Part shown: one piece after another, positions 1-11,900 of the stretch
How the letters are laid out: each line of letters opens with the position of its first letter
Numbering within the stretch: the stretch's first letter is position 1
NCBI GenBank assembly: GCA_002269645.1
Contig: NIVC01005177.1
Span: 1 to 23,573, forward strand
Length of the DNA stretch: 23,573 bases
Origin: Macrostomum lignano
Lineage: Eukaryota
Reading direction: 5' to 3'
Made by a program: the position numbers and the translations under genes
Notes under the pieces: model-generated
Seen by the model: the letters and a program-made list of their open reading frames with translations, nothing else
The model's database searches: none
Told to the model about the DNA's origin: nothing

Positions 1-735
1 CAGGACTGGTTGAGGTGTGGGACAGGACTGGTTGAGGTGTGGGCAGGACTGGTTGAGGTGTCGACAGGACTGGTTGAGGTGTGGGACAGGACTGGTTGAG
101 GTGTGACAGGACTGGTTGAGGTGTGGGACAGGACTGGTTGAGGTGTGGGACAGGACTGGTTGAGGTGTGGGACAGGACTGGTTGAGGTGTGGGACAGGCT
201 GGTTGAGGTGTGGGACAGGACTGGTTGAGGTGTGACAGCGACTGGTGAGGTGTGGGACAGAGGCTGGTTGAGGTGTGTGGGACAGGGCTTGACGAGGTGT
301 GGGACAGGACTGATTGAGTGTGGGACAGGACTGATTGAGTGTGGGACAGGGCTGATTGAGGTGTGGGACAGCCGAGGTGGGGAGGGCTAGGACTGATTGA
401 GGTGTGGACAGGGCTGATTGAGCGTGTGGGACAGGCTGATCGAGGTGTGGGACAGGGCTGATCGAGGTGTGGGACAGGCTGATTGAGGTGTGGACAGGAT
501 TGAGTGTGGGACAGGACTGATTGAGGTGTGGGACAGGACTGATTGAGGTGTGGGACAGGACTGATTGAGGTGTGGGACAGGGCTGATCGAGGTATGGGAC
601 AGGACTGATTGAGGTGTGGGACAGGACTGATTGAGGTGTGGGACAGGACTGATTGAGGTGTGGGACAGGACTGATTGAGGTGTGGGACAGGACTGATTGA
701 GGTGTGGGACAGGACTGATTGAGGTGTGGGACAGG
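1..735. repeat. 22-bp minisatellite (CAGGACTG[G/A]TTGAGGTGTGGGA), about 33 copies, truncated by the window edge; probably intronic to the minus-strand gene starting at 882
   Basis: Direct tandem repeat. GGTT variant dominates 1-290 and GATT variant 310-730, with scattered indels. Confidence 0.95.
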
Positions 736-758
736 AGTTGCGCCAGCAGCTGCCTCAC

Positions 759-882
759 CAATGATGACGTCAAACCTGGCAGCCGTGGGTGCCGGTGGAG
801 TCCCCAGCGGCCAGAGCAGGGGTCCCAGCAGAGCGCTGGCCAGAAGCAGCAGCCCAGAAAGCTGCAGAGCGCAGGGACTCAT
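759..882 (-). CDS. First coding exon of a putative secreted or membrane protein: MSPCALQLSGLLLLASALLGPLLWPLGTPPAPTAARFDVII|(G, phase 1)
   Basis: Minus-strand ATG at 882 in a GCC-ATG context. Leu-rich hydrophobic stretch typical of a signal peptide. Ends at the donor ATTG|GTGAGG (intron starts at 758). 124 nt = 41 codons + 1. Not in the ORF track. Confidence 0.6.
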
Positions 883-1060
883 GGCAAAATCCGAATTTTT
901 GCCCCAAACTTTCATGCACGATATTGAGACTGAGAAGGCCAGCCCAAAATGTTTCAGGCAACGCCCATAAGCTGGCTGCTCACGTGAGGGGAATCTTCGA
1001 TTATTCGGTAGGCACATCTCCACCTTTTCTCCCTCTTCCTGGGGGGGGGGGCAGCAGAGC

Positions 1061-1107
1061 AGCTCAGCGACCTCTCTCGCCGAAGTACTCGGGTTCGACT
1101 CCGTACT
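1061..1107 (+). other. tRNA-like A-box/B-box fragment (possible SINE head or degenerate tRNA)
   Basis: AGCTCAG at 1061 and GGTTCGACTCC at 1092-1102 inside an AGTAC...GTACT hairpin. Spacing is about 12 nt too short for a full tRNA and no cloverleaf was found. Confidence 0.2.
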
Positions 1108-1197
1108 TACTTGGGCTCAGTAATTTGGGGATCATGCGAGTCACACGAGGGCCGCGACCCCCAAAGGCACTGAGAGCGTTCATGCCTGACGATGTGT

Positions 1198-1365
1198 TGG
1201 GGCCGCTGTTCACCCTGTGTGATCGCGTGCCTACTGTACGTATCTGTGCTCCTGGGGCCGCTGTTCACCCTGTGTGATCGCGTGCCTACTGTACGTATCT
1301 GTGCTCCTGGCCTGTTCGCCTGTGTGATCGCTGTTCACCCTGTGTGATCGCGTACCTACTGTACG
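1198..1365. repeat. 55-bp tandem repeat, 2 near-perfect copies plus degenerate partials
   Basis: GGCCGCTGTTCACCCTGTGTGATCGCGTGCCTACTGTACGTATCTGTGCTCCTGG begins at 1201 and again at 1256; partial copies extend to about 1365. Confidence 0.85.
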
Positions 1366-1627
1366 GGCCCAGGGGTCAGCAGAATGACTGCTATTGACTG
1401 TCAGTTGCAGCTCCACATGAGAGTCGCGTGAACTGCGCTTAAATTCTTTACACTGATTCAACTATCTGCTAAAAATTCTAAGAAACTATTTTTAGCCAAC
1501 CGGGCCCATACTACTTATAGTAGGCCTGGAAGCAGTAAACATTTTCAGCAATAAAATACTCCGGCATTCGCAGGCTAACTTCCAGACCAGGTGCTTTTAA
1601 GTGTCCTTGATGCATCTTAGTAGCCAA

Positions 1628-2168
1628 CCTGTGTCTCTGTGACTCCTGCGTGTCCCTGCGTCTGTCCCTGTGTCTCCTGCGTGTCCCTGCGTCTGTCCCT
1701 GTGTCTCCTGCGTGTCCCTGCGTCTGTCCCTGTGTCTCCTGCGTGTCCCTGCGTCTGTCCCTGTGTCTCCTGCGTGTCTCTGCGTCTGTCCCTGTGTCTC
1801 CTGCGTGTCCCTGTGTCTCCTGCGTGTCTCTGCGTCTGTCCCTGTGTCTCCTGCGTGTCCCTGCGTCTGTCTGTGTGCGTCTGTCCCTGTGTCTCCTGCG
1901 TGTCCCTGCGTCTGTCCCTGTGTCTCCTGCGTGTCTCTGCGTCTGTCCCTGTGTCTCCCGCATATCCTGCGTCTCCTGCATATCCCTCTGTCTCCCGCAT
2001 ATCCCTGTGTCTCCTGCATATCCTGTGTCTCCCGCATATCCCTGCGTCTCCCGCATATCCCTGCGTCTCCCGCATATCCCTGTGTCTCCTGCATATCCCT
2101 GTGCCTCCCGCATATCCTTGTGTCTCCTGCATATCCCTGTGTCTCCTGCATATCCCTGTCTCCTGTAT
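1628..2168. repeat. Pyrimidine-rich compound minisatellite (CCTGCGTGTCCCTGCGTCTGTCCCTGTGTCT-type units changing to CCTGCATATCCCTGTGTCT-type units near 1960)
   Basis: Direct tandem repeats with an underlying period of about 10 bp. All overlapping ORFs are repeat read-through. Confidence 0.9.
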
Positions 2169-2660
2169 CAAAAGAAAACAAAGAAAAAATCTTTTTTTGA
2201 ATAAAAGTATAGCATTATTATTAGTATACGAGCCGTAGCCGATATTATTATTTGAAAAGCCCAACGCTCAATCAGTGATGGCACGTTCTATTCCATAGGA
2301 TGGTAGCGTTTTAATTTTCTCGGGCAAATTTTAATCTGAGCGCTAATAAGAGGAATGGATTTAAATCGAGGGGCTTATTTGCTTGATTTTGTTTATAATA
2401 GTTGTCAGGAAAATTTAAGGAAAAGTTGGCCTTCACCCGGCAGAGTTTAGTCTCGCATTGTTTTAGTCAAAATTGTACCAGCTGCTCACCTGAAAGAAAA
2501 CAAAAAGGTATAAGACGCTTATAAGAACATATGCGAAATTGCTCTTAAATCCTTGATCATTTCATCCCTCACTAATAATAAATATATAGCCTTATAACCT
2601 TACGTGAGTTATAGTTGAAGCGTCACTCATACTAAGTAGCTGGAGTTTCTGGCTTAATTC

Positions 2661-2953
2661 TTAGTTTCCGTGACGACCGGGCCAGTGGGTCTCCGTGACG
2701 ACCGGGCCAGTGCTGGTCTCCGTGACGACCGGGCCAGTGCTGGTCTCCGTGACGACCGGGCCAGTGCTGGTCTCCGTGACGACCGGGTCAGTGCTGGTCT
2801 CCGTGACGACCGGGTCAGTGCTGGTCTCCGTGACGACCGGGCCAGTGCTGGTCTCCGTGACGACCGGGTCAGTGCTGGTCTCCGTGACGACCGGGCCAGT
2901 GCTGGTCTCCGTCCACGAAGTCGACCCATCTGGATGGACAGTCTTAACCGTTT
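2661..2953 (-). CDS. Last exon: KTVKTVHPDGSTSW + (TETST[G/D]PVV)x8 + TET..., a mucin-like Thr/Ser-rich tail
   Basis: Acceptor CATTTCAG| at 2954. Phase-1 junction A|AA gives Lys. As written it ends TETHWPGRHGN* (stop 2663-2661). If the 2-nt-short unit at 2667-2691 is an error it ends TETSTGPVVTETKN* (stop 2656-2654). Confidence 0.72.
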
Positions 2954-5900
2954 CTGAAATGAGAGGTCAGCAAAACATTTTTGCAGCAAAAAAGGTTCAT
3001 GCACGTACGAGCGTACTACATGTGGCAAAGTTTTCGCTCACTGGTTCTTCCTCCAGAGTGACTGGATGTTGTGCTCGAAGATCCGCCTGCGAAACCGGAG
3101 AAATAATTTAAACATAAGCATGTCTAAACATAAAACCGCAAAACTAAGCTTTCAGTCGTTGAATTTCGTGGAAACTCAAGATACTCACTTCCAACTTTCA
3201 CCGTCTTCCAACCCGACCAACCAGCGCTGCTCTTCTTTATGCCCGCACCCCCAGCTTTGCTCACGACTCCACCATCTAAAGTATTTGCAATTAGATATTA
3301 TAGTTGTAAGAACAACTTTACCAAAAATATGAAATCAAACAAAACTAAAACGCCTGAGCAATATACTCTTAACAGGCTACAGAACACTCACCGGTCGTCT
3401 CCGAGATGAGTGTCTTGTATTCCCAGTTGTAGAGCTGATTCTGCTGCTCGACGATGTCATTAAAAACGTTACTTGTCTTAATGACCTTCGACTGGAGACG
3501 CGATGTGACGCGCGTCAAACCCGATCGCAAAAGCGACCTACTCCGTTTTACCAGCCTCTTAAACTTCGGATTCGAGAGCTTCAACTTCTTCTTAAGAGCC
3601 AAAACTTTCAAAGTCAGCCGCTGCTGCAGTGCCTTAATCTTCAAAAGAGGAATCTTTCTTCGAGTGCTGAGAACCCTTTTAGCTACCCGTTCAACTTGCG
3701 TCTTCATTAATGTTCGCCTGCCAAAAATTCCACGCACTGCGGAGCGAACTCTCAATCTTGGTTGGACCCTCATAATACGCTTAACAGTCCCTCGAATATG
3801 CAATCGCGTCTTAACCGAATTTTTCTTTAAACGCAAAATTCTACGAACGCGACTCAACGATTTCACACGGCTATTCAAGCCTCTTCTCCGTTTGCACGAC
3901 GAGACAGACTATGACCTGCGTATTGACCACTCGTCGTTTAACGATACGTCGCTTACTCACTCGTCGGCGTCGGCGGCGGACTACTTTTCGGCGGACCACG
4001 CGCTTGCGGATCACTCGTCGGCAGATGCGCTTGATCACACGTTTTGTCACGCGTCGTCCCTTAATGACTCGGCGTCGGATGATGCGCTTGATCACGCGTC
4101 GTATCTTGCGTCGGCCCTTAGTCACTCGTTTGCGGACGACTCGTCGGATGATGCGCTTGACCTTGCGGACGCTGCGTTTAATGCGTTTAACGATACGTCG
4201 CTTACTCACTCGTCGGCGTCGGCGGCGGACTACTTTTCGGCGGACCACGCGCTTGCGGATCACTCGTCGGCAGATGCGCTTGATCACACGTTTTGTCACG
4301 CGTCGTCCCTTAATGACTCGGCGTCGGATGATGCGCTTGATCACGCGTCGTATCTGCGTCGGCCCTTAGTCACTCGTTTGCGGACGACTCGTCGGATGAT
4401 GCGCTTGACCTTGCGGACGCTGCGTTTAATGCGTTTAACGATACGTCGCTTACTCACTCGTCGGCGTCGGCGGCGGACTACTTTTCGGCGGACCACGCGC
4501 TTGCGGATCACTCGTCGGCAGATGCGCTTGATCACACGTTTTGTCACGCGTCGTCCCTTAATGACTCGGCGTCGGATGATGCGCTTGATCACGCGTCGTA
4601 TCTGCGTCGGCCCTTAGTCACTCGTTTGCGGACGACTCGTCGGATGATGCGCTTGACCTTGCGGACGCTGCGTTTAATGCGTTTAACGATACGTCGCTTA
4701 CTCACTCGTCGGCGTCGGCGGCGGACTACTTTTCGGCGGACCACGCGCTTGCGGATCACTCGTCGGCAGATGCGCTTGATCACACGTTTTGTCACGCGTC
4801 GTCCCTTAATGACTCGGCGTCGGATGATGCGCTTGATCACGCGTCGTATCTGCGTCGGCCCTTAGTCACTCGTTTGCGGACGACTCGTCGGATGATGCGC
4901 TTGACCTTGCGGACGCTGCGTTTAATGCGTTTAACGATACGTCGCTTACTCACTCGTCGGCGTCGGCGGCGGACTACTTTTCGGCGGACCACGCGCTTGC
5001 GGATCACTCGTCGGCAGATGCGCTTGATCACACGTTTTGTCACGCGTCGTCCCTTAATGACTCGGCGTCGGATGATGCGCTTGATCACGCGTCGTATCTT
5101 GCGTCGGCCCTTAGTCACTCGTTTGCGGACGACTCGTCGGATGATGCGCTTGACCTTGCGGACGCTGCGTTTAATGCGTTTAACGATACGTCGCTTACTC
5201 ACTCGTCGGCGTCGGCGGCGGACTACTTTTCGGCGGACCACGCGCTTGCGGATCACTCGTCGGCAGATGCGCTTGATCACACGTTTTGTCACGCGTCGTC
5301 CCTTAATGACTCGGCGTCGGATGATGCGCTTGATCACGCGTCGTATCTTGCGTCGGCCCTTAGTCACTCGTTTGCGGACGACTCGTCGGATGATGCGCTT
5401 GACCTTGCGGACGCTGCGTTTAATGCGTTTAACGATACGTCGCTTACTCACTCGTCGGCGTCGGCGGCGGACTACTTTTCGGCGGACCACGCGCTTGCGG
5501 ATCACTCGTCGGCAGATGCGCTTGATCACACGTTTTGTCACGCGTCGTCCCTTAATGACTCGGCGTCGGATGATGCGCTTGATCACGCGTCGTATCTTGC
5601 GTCGGCCCTTAGTCACTCGTTTGCGGACGACTCGTCGGATGATGCGCTTGACCTTGCGGACGCTGCGTTTAATGCGTTTAACGATACGTCGCTTACTCAC
5701 TCGTCGGCGTCGGCGGCGGACTACTTTTCGGCGGACCACGCGCTTGCGGATCACTCGTCGGCAGATGCGCTTGATCACACGTTTTGTCACGCGTCGTCCC
5801 TTAATGACTCGGCGTCGGATGATGCGCTTGATCACGCGTCGTATCTTGCGTCGGCCCTTAGTCACTCGTTTGCGGACGACTCGTCGGATGATGCGCTTGA

Positions 5901-8900
5901 CCTTGCGGACGCTGCGTTTAATGCGTTTAACGATACGTCGCTTACTCACTCGTCGGCGTCGGCGGCGGACTACTTTTCGGCGGACCACGCGCTTGCGGAT
6001 CACTCGTCGGCAGATGCGCTTGATCACACGTTTTGTCACGCGTCGTCCCTTAATGACTCGGCGTCGGATGATGCGCTTGATCACGCGTCGTATCTTGCGT
6101 CGGCCCTTAGTCACTCGTTTGCGGACGACTCGTCGGATGATGCGCTTGACCTTGCGGACGCTGCGTTTAATGCGTTTAACGATACGTCGCTTACTCACTC
6201 GTCGGCGTCGGCGGCGGACTACTTTTCGGCGGACCACGCGCTTGCGGATCACTCGTCGGCAGATGCGCTTGATCACACGTTTTGTCACGCGTCGTCCCTT
6301 AATGACTCGGCGTCGGATGATGCGCTTGATCACGCGTCGTATCTTGCGTCGGCCCTTAGTCACTCGTTTGCGGACGACTCGTCGGATGATGCGCTTGACC
6401 TTGCGGACGCTGCGTTTAATGCGTTTAACGATACGTCGCTTACTCACTCGTCGGCGTCGGCGGCGGACTACTTTTCGGCGGACCACGCGCTTGCGGATCA
6501 CTCGTCGGCAGATGCGCTTGATCACACGTTTTGTCACGCGTCGTCCCTTAATGACTCGGCGTCGGATGATGCGCTTGATCACGCGTCGTATCTTGCGTCG
6601 GCCCTTAGTCACTCGTTTGCGGACGACTCGTCGGATGATGCGCTTGACCTTGCGGACGCTGCGTTTAATGCGTTTAACGATACGTCGCTTACTCACTCGT
6701 CGGCGTCGGCGGCGGACTACTTTTCGGCGGACCACGCGCTTGCGGATCACTCGTCGGCAGATGCGCTTGATCACACGTTTTGTCACGCGTCGTCCCTTAA
6801 TGACTCGGCGTCGGATGATGCGCTTGATCACGCGTCGTATCTTGCGTCGGCCCTTAGTCACTCGTTTGCGGACGACTCGTCGGATGATGCGCTTGACCTT
6901 GCGGACGCTGCGTTTAATGCGTTTAACGATACGTCGCTTACTCACTCGTCGGCGTCGGCGGCGGACTACTTTTCGGCGGACCACGCGCTTGCGGATCACT
7001 CGTCGGCAGATGCGCTTGATCACACGTTTTGTCACGCGTCGTCCCTTAATGACTCGGCGTCGGATGATGCGCTTGATCACGCGTCGTATCTTGCGTCGGC
7101 CCTTAGTCACTCGTTTGCGGACGACTCGTCGGATGATGCGCTTGACCTTGCGGACGCTGCGTTTAATGCGTTTAACGATACGTCGCTTACTCACTCGTCG
7201 GCGTCGGCGGCGGACTACTTTTCGGCGGACCACGCGCTTGCGGATCACTCGTCGGCAGATGCGCTTGATCACACGTTTTGTCACGCGTCGTCCCTTAATG
7301 ACTCGGCGTCGGATGATGCGCTTGATCACGCGTCGTATCTTGCGTCGGCCCTTAGTCACTCGTTTGCGGACGACTCGTCGGATGATGCGCTTGACCTTGC
7401 GGACGCTGCGTTTAATGCGTTTAACGATACGTCGCTTACTCACTCGTCGGCGTCGGCGGCGGACTACTTTTCGGCGGACCACGCGCTTGCGGATCACTCG
7501 TCGGCAGATGCGCTTGATCACACGTTTTGTCACGCGTCGTCCCTTAATGACTCGGCGTCGGATGATGCGCTTGATCACGCGTCGTATCTTGCGTCGGCCC
7601 TTAGTCACTCGTTTGCGGACGACTCGTCGGATGATGCGCTTGACCTTGCGGACGCTGCGTTTAATGCGTTTAACGATACGTCGCTTACTCACTCGTCGGC
7701 GTCGGCGGCGGACTACTTTTCGGCGGACCACGCGCTTGCGGATCACTCGTCGGCAGATGCGCTTGATCACACGTTTTGTCACGCGTCGTCCCTTAATGAC
7801 TCGGCGTCGGATGATGCGCTTGATCACGCGTCGTATCTTGCGTCGGCCCTTAGTCACTCGTTTGCGGACGACTCGTCGGATGATGCGCTTGACCTTGCGG
7901 ACGCTGCGTTTAATGCGTTTAACGATACGTCGCTTACTCACTCGTCGGCGTCGGCGGCGGACTACTTTTCGGCGGACCACGCGCTTGCGGATCACTCGTC
8001 GGCAGATGCGCTTGATCACACGTTTTGTCACGCGTCGTCCCTTAATGACTCGGCGTCGGATGATGCGCTTGATCACGCGTCGTATCTTGCGTCGGCCCTT
8101 AGTCACTCGTTTGCGGACGACTCGTCGGATGATGCGCTTGACCTTGCGGACGCTGCGTTTAATGCGTTTAACGATACGTCGCTTACTCACTCGTCGGCGT
8201 CGGCGGCGGACTACTTTTCGGCGGACCACGCGCTTGCGGATCACTCGTCGGCAGATGCGCTTGATCACACGTTTTGTCACGCGTCGTCCCTTAATGACTC
8301 GGCGTCGGATGATGCGCTTGATCACGCGTCGTATCTTGCGTCGGCCCTTAGTCACTCGTTTGCGGACGACTCGTCGGATGATGCGCTTGACCTTGCGGAC
8401 GCTGCGTTTAATGCGTTTAACGATACGTCGCTTACTCACTCGTCGGCGTCGGCGGCGGACTACTTTTCGGCGGACCACGCGCTTGCGGATCACTCGTCGG
8501 CAGATGCGCTTGATCACACGTTTTGTCACGCGTCGTCCCTTAATGACTCGGCGTCGGATGATGCGCTTGATCACGCGTCGTATCTTGCGTCGGCCCTTAG
8601 TCACTCGTTTGCGGACGACTCGTCGGATGATGCGCTTGACCTTGCGGACGCTGCGTTTAATGCGTTTAACGATACGTCGCTTACTCACTCGTCGGCGTCG
8701 GCGGCGGACTACTTTTCGGCGGACCACGCGCTTGCGGATCACTCGTCGGCAGATGCGCTTGATCACACGTTTTGTCACGCGTCGTCCCTTAATGACTCGG
8801 CGTCGGATGATGCGCTTGATCACGCGTCGTATCTTGCGTCGGCCCTTAGTCACTCGTTTGCGGACGACTCGTCGGATGATGCGCTTGACCTTGCGGACGC

Positions 8901-11900
8901 TGCGTTTAATGCGTTTAACGATACGTCGCTTACTCACTCGTCGGCGTCGGCGGCGGACTACTTTTCGGCGGACCACGCGCTTGCGGATCACTCGTCGGCA
9001 GATGCGCTTGATCACACGTTTTGTCACGCGTCGTCCCTTAATGACTCGGCGTCGGATGATGCGCTTGATCACGCGTCGTATCTTGCGTCGGCCCTTAGTC
9101 ACTCGTTTGCGGACGACTCGTCGGATGATGCGCTTGACCTTGCGGACGCTGCGTTTAATGCGTTTAACGATACGTCGCTTACTCACTCGTCGGCGTCGGC
9201 GGCGGACTACTTTTCGGCGGACCACGCGCTTGCGGATCACTCGTCGGCAGATGCGCTTGATCACACGTTTTGTCACGCGTCGTCCCTTAATGACTCGGCG
9301 TCGGATGATGCGCTTGATCACGCGTCGTATCTTGCGTCGGCCCTTAGTCACTCGTTTGCGGACGACTCGTCGGATGATGCGCTTGACCTTGCGGACGCTG
9401 CGTTTAATGCGTTTAACGATACGTCGCTTACTCACTCGTCGGCGTCGGCGGCGGACTACTTTTCGGCGGACCACGCGCTTGCGGATCACTCGTCGGCAGA
9501 TGCGCTTGATCACACGTTTTGTCACGCGTCGTCCCTTAATGACTCGGCGTCGGATGATGCGCTTGATCACGCGTCGTATCTTGCGTCGGCCCTTAGTCAC
9601 TCGTTTGCGGACGACTCGTCGGATGATGCGCTTGACCTTGCGGACGCTGCGTTTAATGCGTTTAACGATACGTCGCTTACTCACTCGTCGGCGTCGGCGG
9701 CGGACTACTTTTCGGCGGACCACGCGCTTGCGGATCACTCGTCGGCAGATGCGCTTGATCACACGTTTTGTCACGCGTCGTCCCTTAATGACTCGGCGTC
9801 GGATGATGCGCTTGATCACGCGTCGTATCTTGCGTCGGCCCTTAGTCACTCGTTTGCGGACGACTCGTCGGATGATGCGCTTGACCTTGCGGACGCTGCG
9901 TTTAATGCGTTTAACGATACGTCGCTTACTCACTCGTCGGCGTCGGCGGCGGACTACTTTTCGGCGGACCACGCGCTTGCGGATCACTCGTCGGCAGATG
10001 CGCTTGATCACACGTTTTGTCACGCGTCGTCCCTTAATGACTCGGCGTCGGATGATGCGCTTGATCACGCGTCGTATCTTGCGTCGGCCCTTAGTCACTC
10101 GTTTGCGGACGACTCGTCGGATGATGCGCTTGACCTTGCGGACGCTGCGTTTAATGCGTTTAACGATACGTCGCTTACTCACTCGTCGGCGTCGGCGGCG
10201 GACTACTTTTCGGCGGACCACGCGCTTGCGGATCACTCGTCGGCAGATGCGCTTGATCACACGTTTTGTCACGCGTCGTCCCTTAATGACTCGGCGTCGG
10301 ATGATGCGCTTGATCACGCGTCGTATCTGCGTCGGCCCTTAGTCACTCGTTTGCGGACGACTCGTCGGATGATGCGCTTGACCTTGCGGACGCTGCGTTT
10401 AATGCGTTTAACGATACGTCGCTTACTCACTCGTCGGCGTCGGCGGCGGACTACTTTTCGGCGGACCACGCGCTTGCGGATCACTCGTCGGCAGATGCGC
10501 TTGATCACACGTTTTGTCACGCGTCGTCCCTTAATGACTCGGCGTCGGATGATGCGCTTGATCACGCGTCGTATCTTGCGTCGGCCCTTAGTCACTCGTT
10601 TGCGGACGACTCGTCGGATGATGCGCTTGACCTTGCGGACGCTGCGTTTAATGCGTTTAACGATACGTCGCTTACTCACTCGTCGGCGTCGGCGGCGGAC
10701 TACTTTTCGGCGGACCACGCGCTTGCGGATCACTCGTCGGCAGATGCGCTTGATCACACGTTTTGTCACGCGTCGTCCCTTAATGACTCGGCGTCGGATG
10801 ATGCGCTTGATCACGCGTCGTATCTTGCGTCGGCCCTTAGTCACTCGTTTGCGGACGACTCGTCGGATGATGCGCTTGACCTTGCGGACGCTGCGTTTAA
10901 TGCGTTTAACGATACGTCGCTTACTCACTCGTCGGCGTCGGCGGCGGACTACTTTTCGGCGGACCACGCGCTTGCGGATCACTCGTCGGCAGATGCGCTT
11001 GATCACACGTTTTGTCACGCGTCGTCCCTTAATGACTCGGCGTCGGATGATGCGCTTGATCACGCGTCGTATCTTGCGTCGGCCCTTAGTCACTCGTTTG
11101 CGGACGACTCGTCGGATGATGCGCTTGACCTTGCGGACGCTGCGTTTAATGCGTTTAACGATACGTCGCTTACTCACTCGTCGGCGTCGGCGGCGGACTA
11201 CTTTTCGGCGGACCACGCGCTTGCGGATCACTCGTCGGCAGATGCGCTTGATCACACGTTTTGTCACGCGTCGTCCCTTAATGACTCGGCGTCGGATGAT
11301 GCGCTTGATCACGCGTCGTATCTTGCGTCGGCCCTTAGTCACTCGTTTGCGGACGACTCGTCGGATGATGCGCTTGACCTTGCGGACGCTGCGTTTAATG
11401 CGTTTAACGATACGTCGCTTACTCACTCGTCGGCGTCGGCGGCGGACTACTTTTCGGCGGACCACGCGCTTGCGGATCACTCGTCGGCAGATGCGCTTGA
11501 TCACACGTTTTGTCACGCGTCGTCCCTTAATGACTCGGCGTCGGATGATGCGCTTGATCACGCGTCGTATCTTGCGTCGGCCCTTAGTCACTCGTTTGCG
11601 GACGACTCGTCGGATGATGCGCTTGACCTTGCGGACGCTGCGTTTAATGCGTTTAACGATACGTCGCTTACTCACTCGTCGGCGTCGGCGGCGGACTACT
11701 TTTCGGCGGACCACGCGCTTGCGGATCACTCGTCGGCAGATGCGCTTGATCACACGTTTTGTCACGCGTCGTCCCTTAATGACTCGGCGTCGGATGATGC
11801 GCTTGATCACGCGTCGTATCTTGCGTCGGCCCTTAGTCACTCGTTTGCGGACGACTCGTCGGATGATGCGCTTGACCTTGCGGACGCTGCGTTTAATGCG

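Noticed and set aside
1511-2264. Six overlapping ORFs of 176-215 aa
   Set aside because: Read-through of a stop-poor minisatellite.
2654-3111. ORFs 2654..3028 (-), 2670..2957 (+) and 2695..3111 (+)
   Set aside because: These are alternative frames of the 27-bp repeat. The splice phase selects the TETST[G/D]PVV frame.
4837-10317. Protamine or sperm nuclear basic protein
   Set aside because: It is Arg-rich, but the gene model begins with a clear signal peptide and the repeat is 34% Ile/Val. This would need revisiting if exon 1 is not joined.
4874-10342. Plus-strand MRTTRRMMRLTLR... ORFs (1822 aa and others)
   Set aside because: Shifted antisense shadow of the minus-strand frame. It has no credible start, splice context or link to unique exons.
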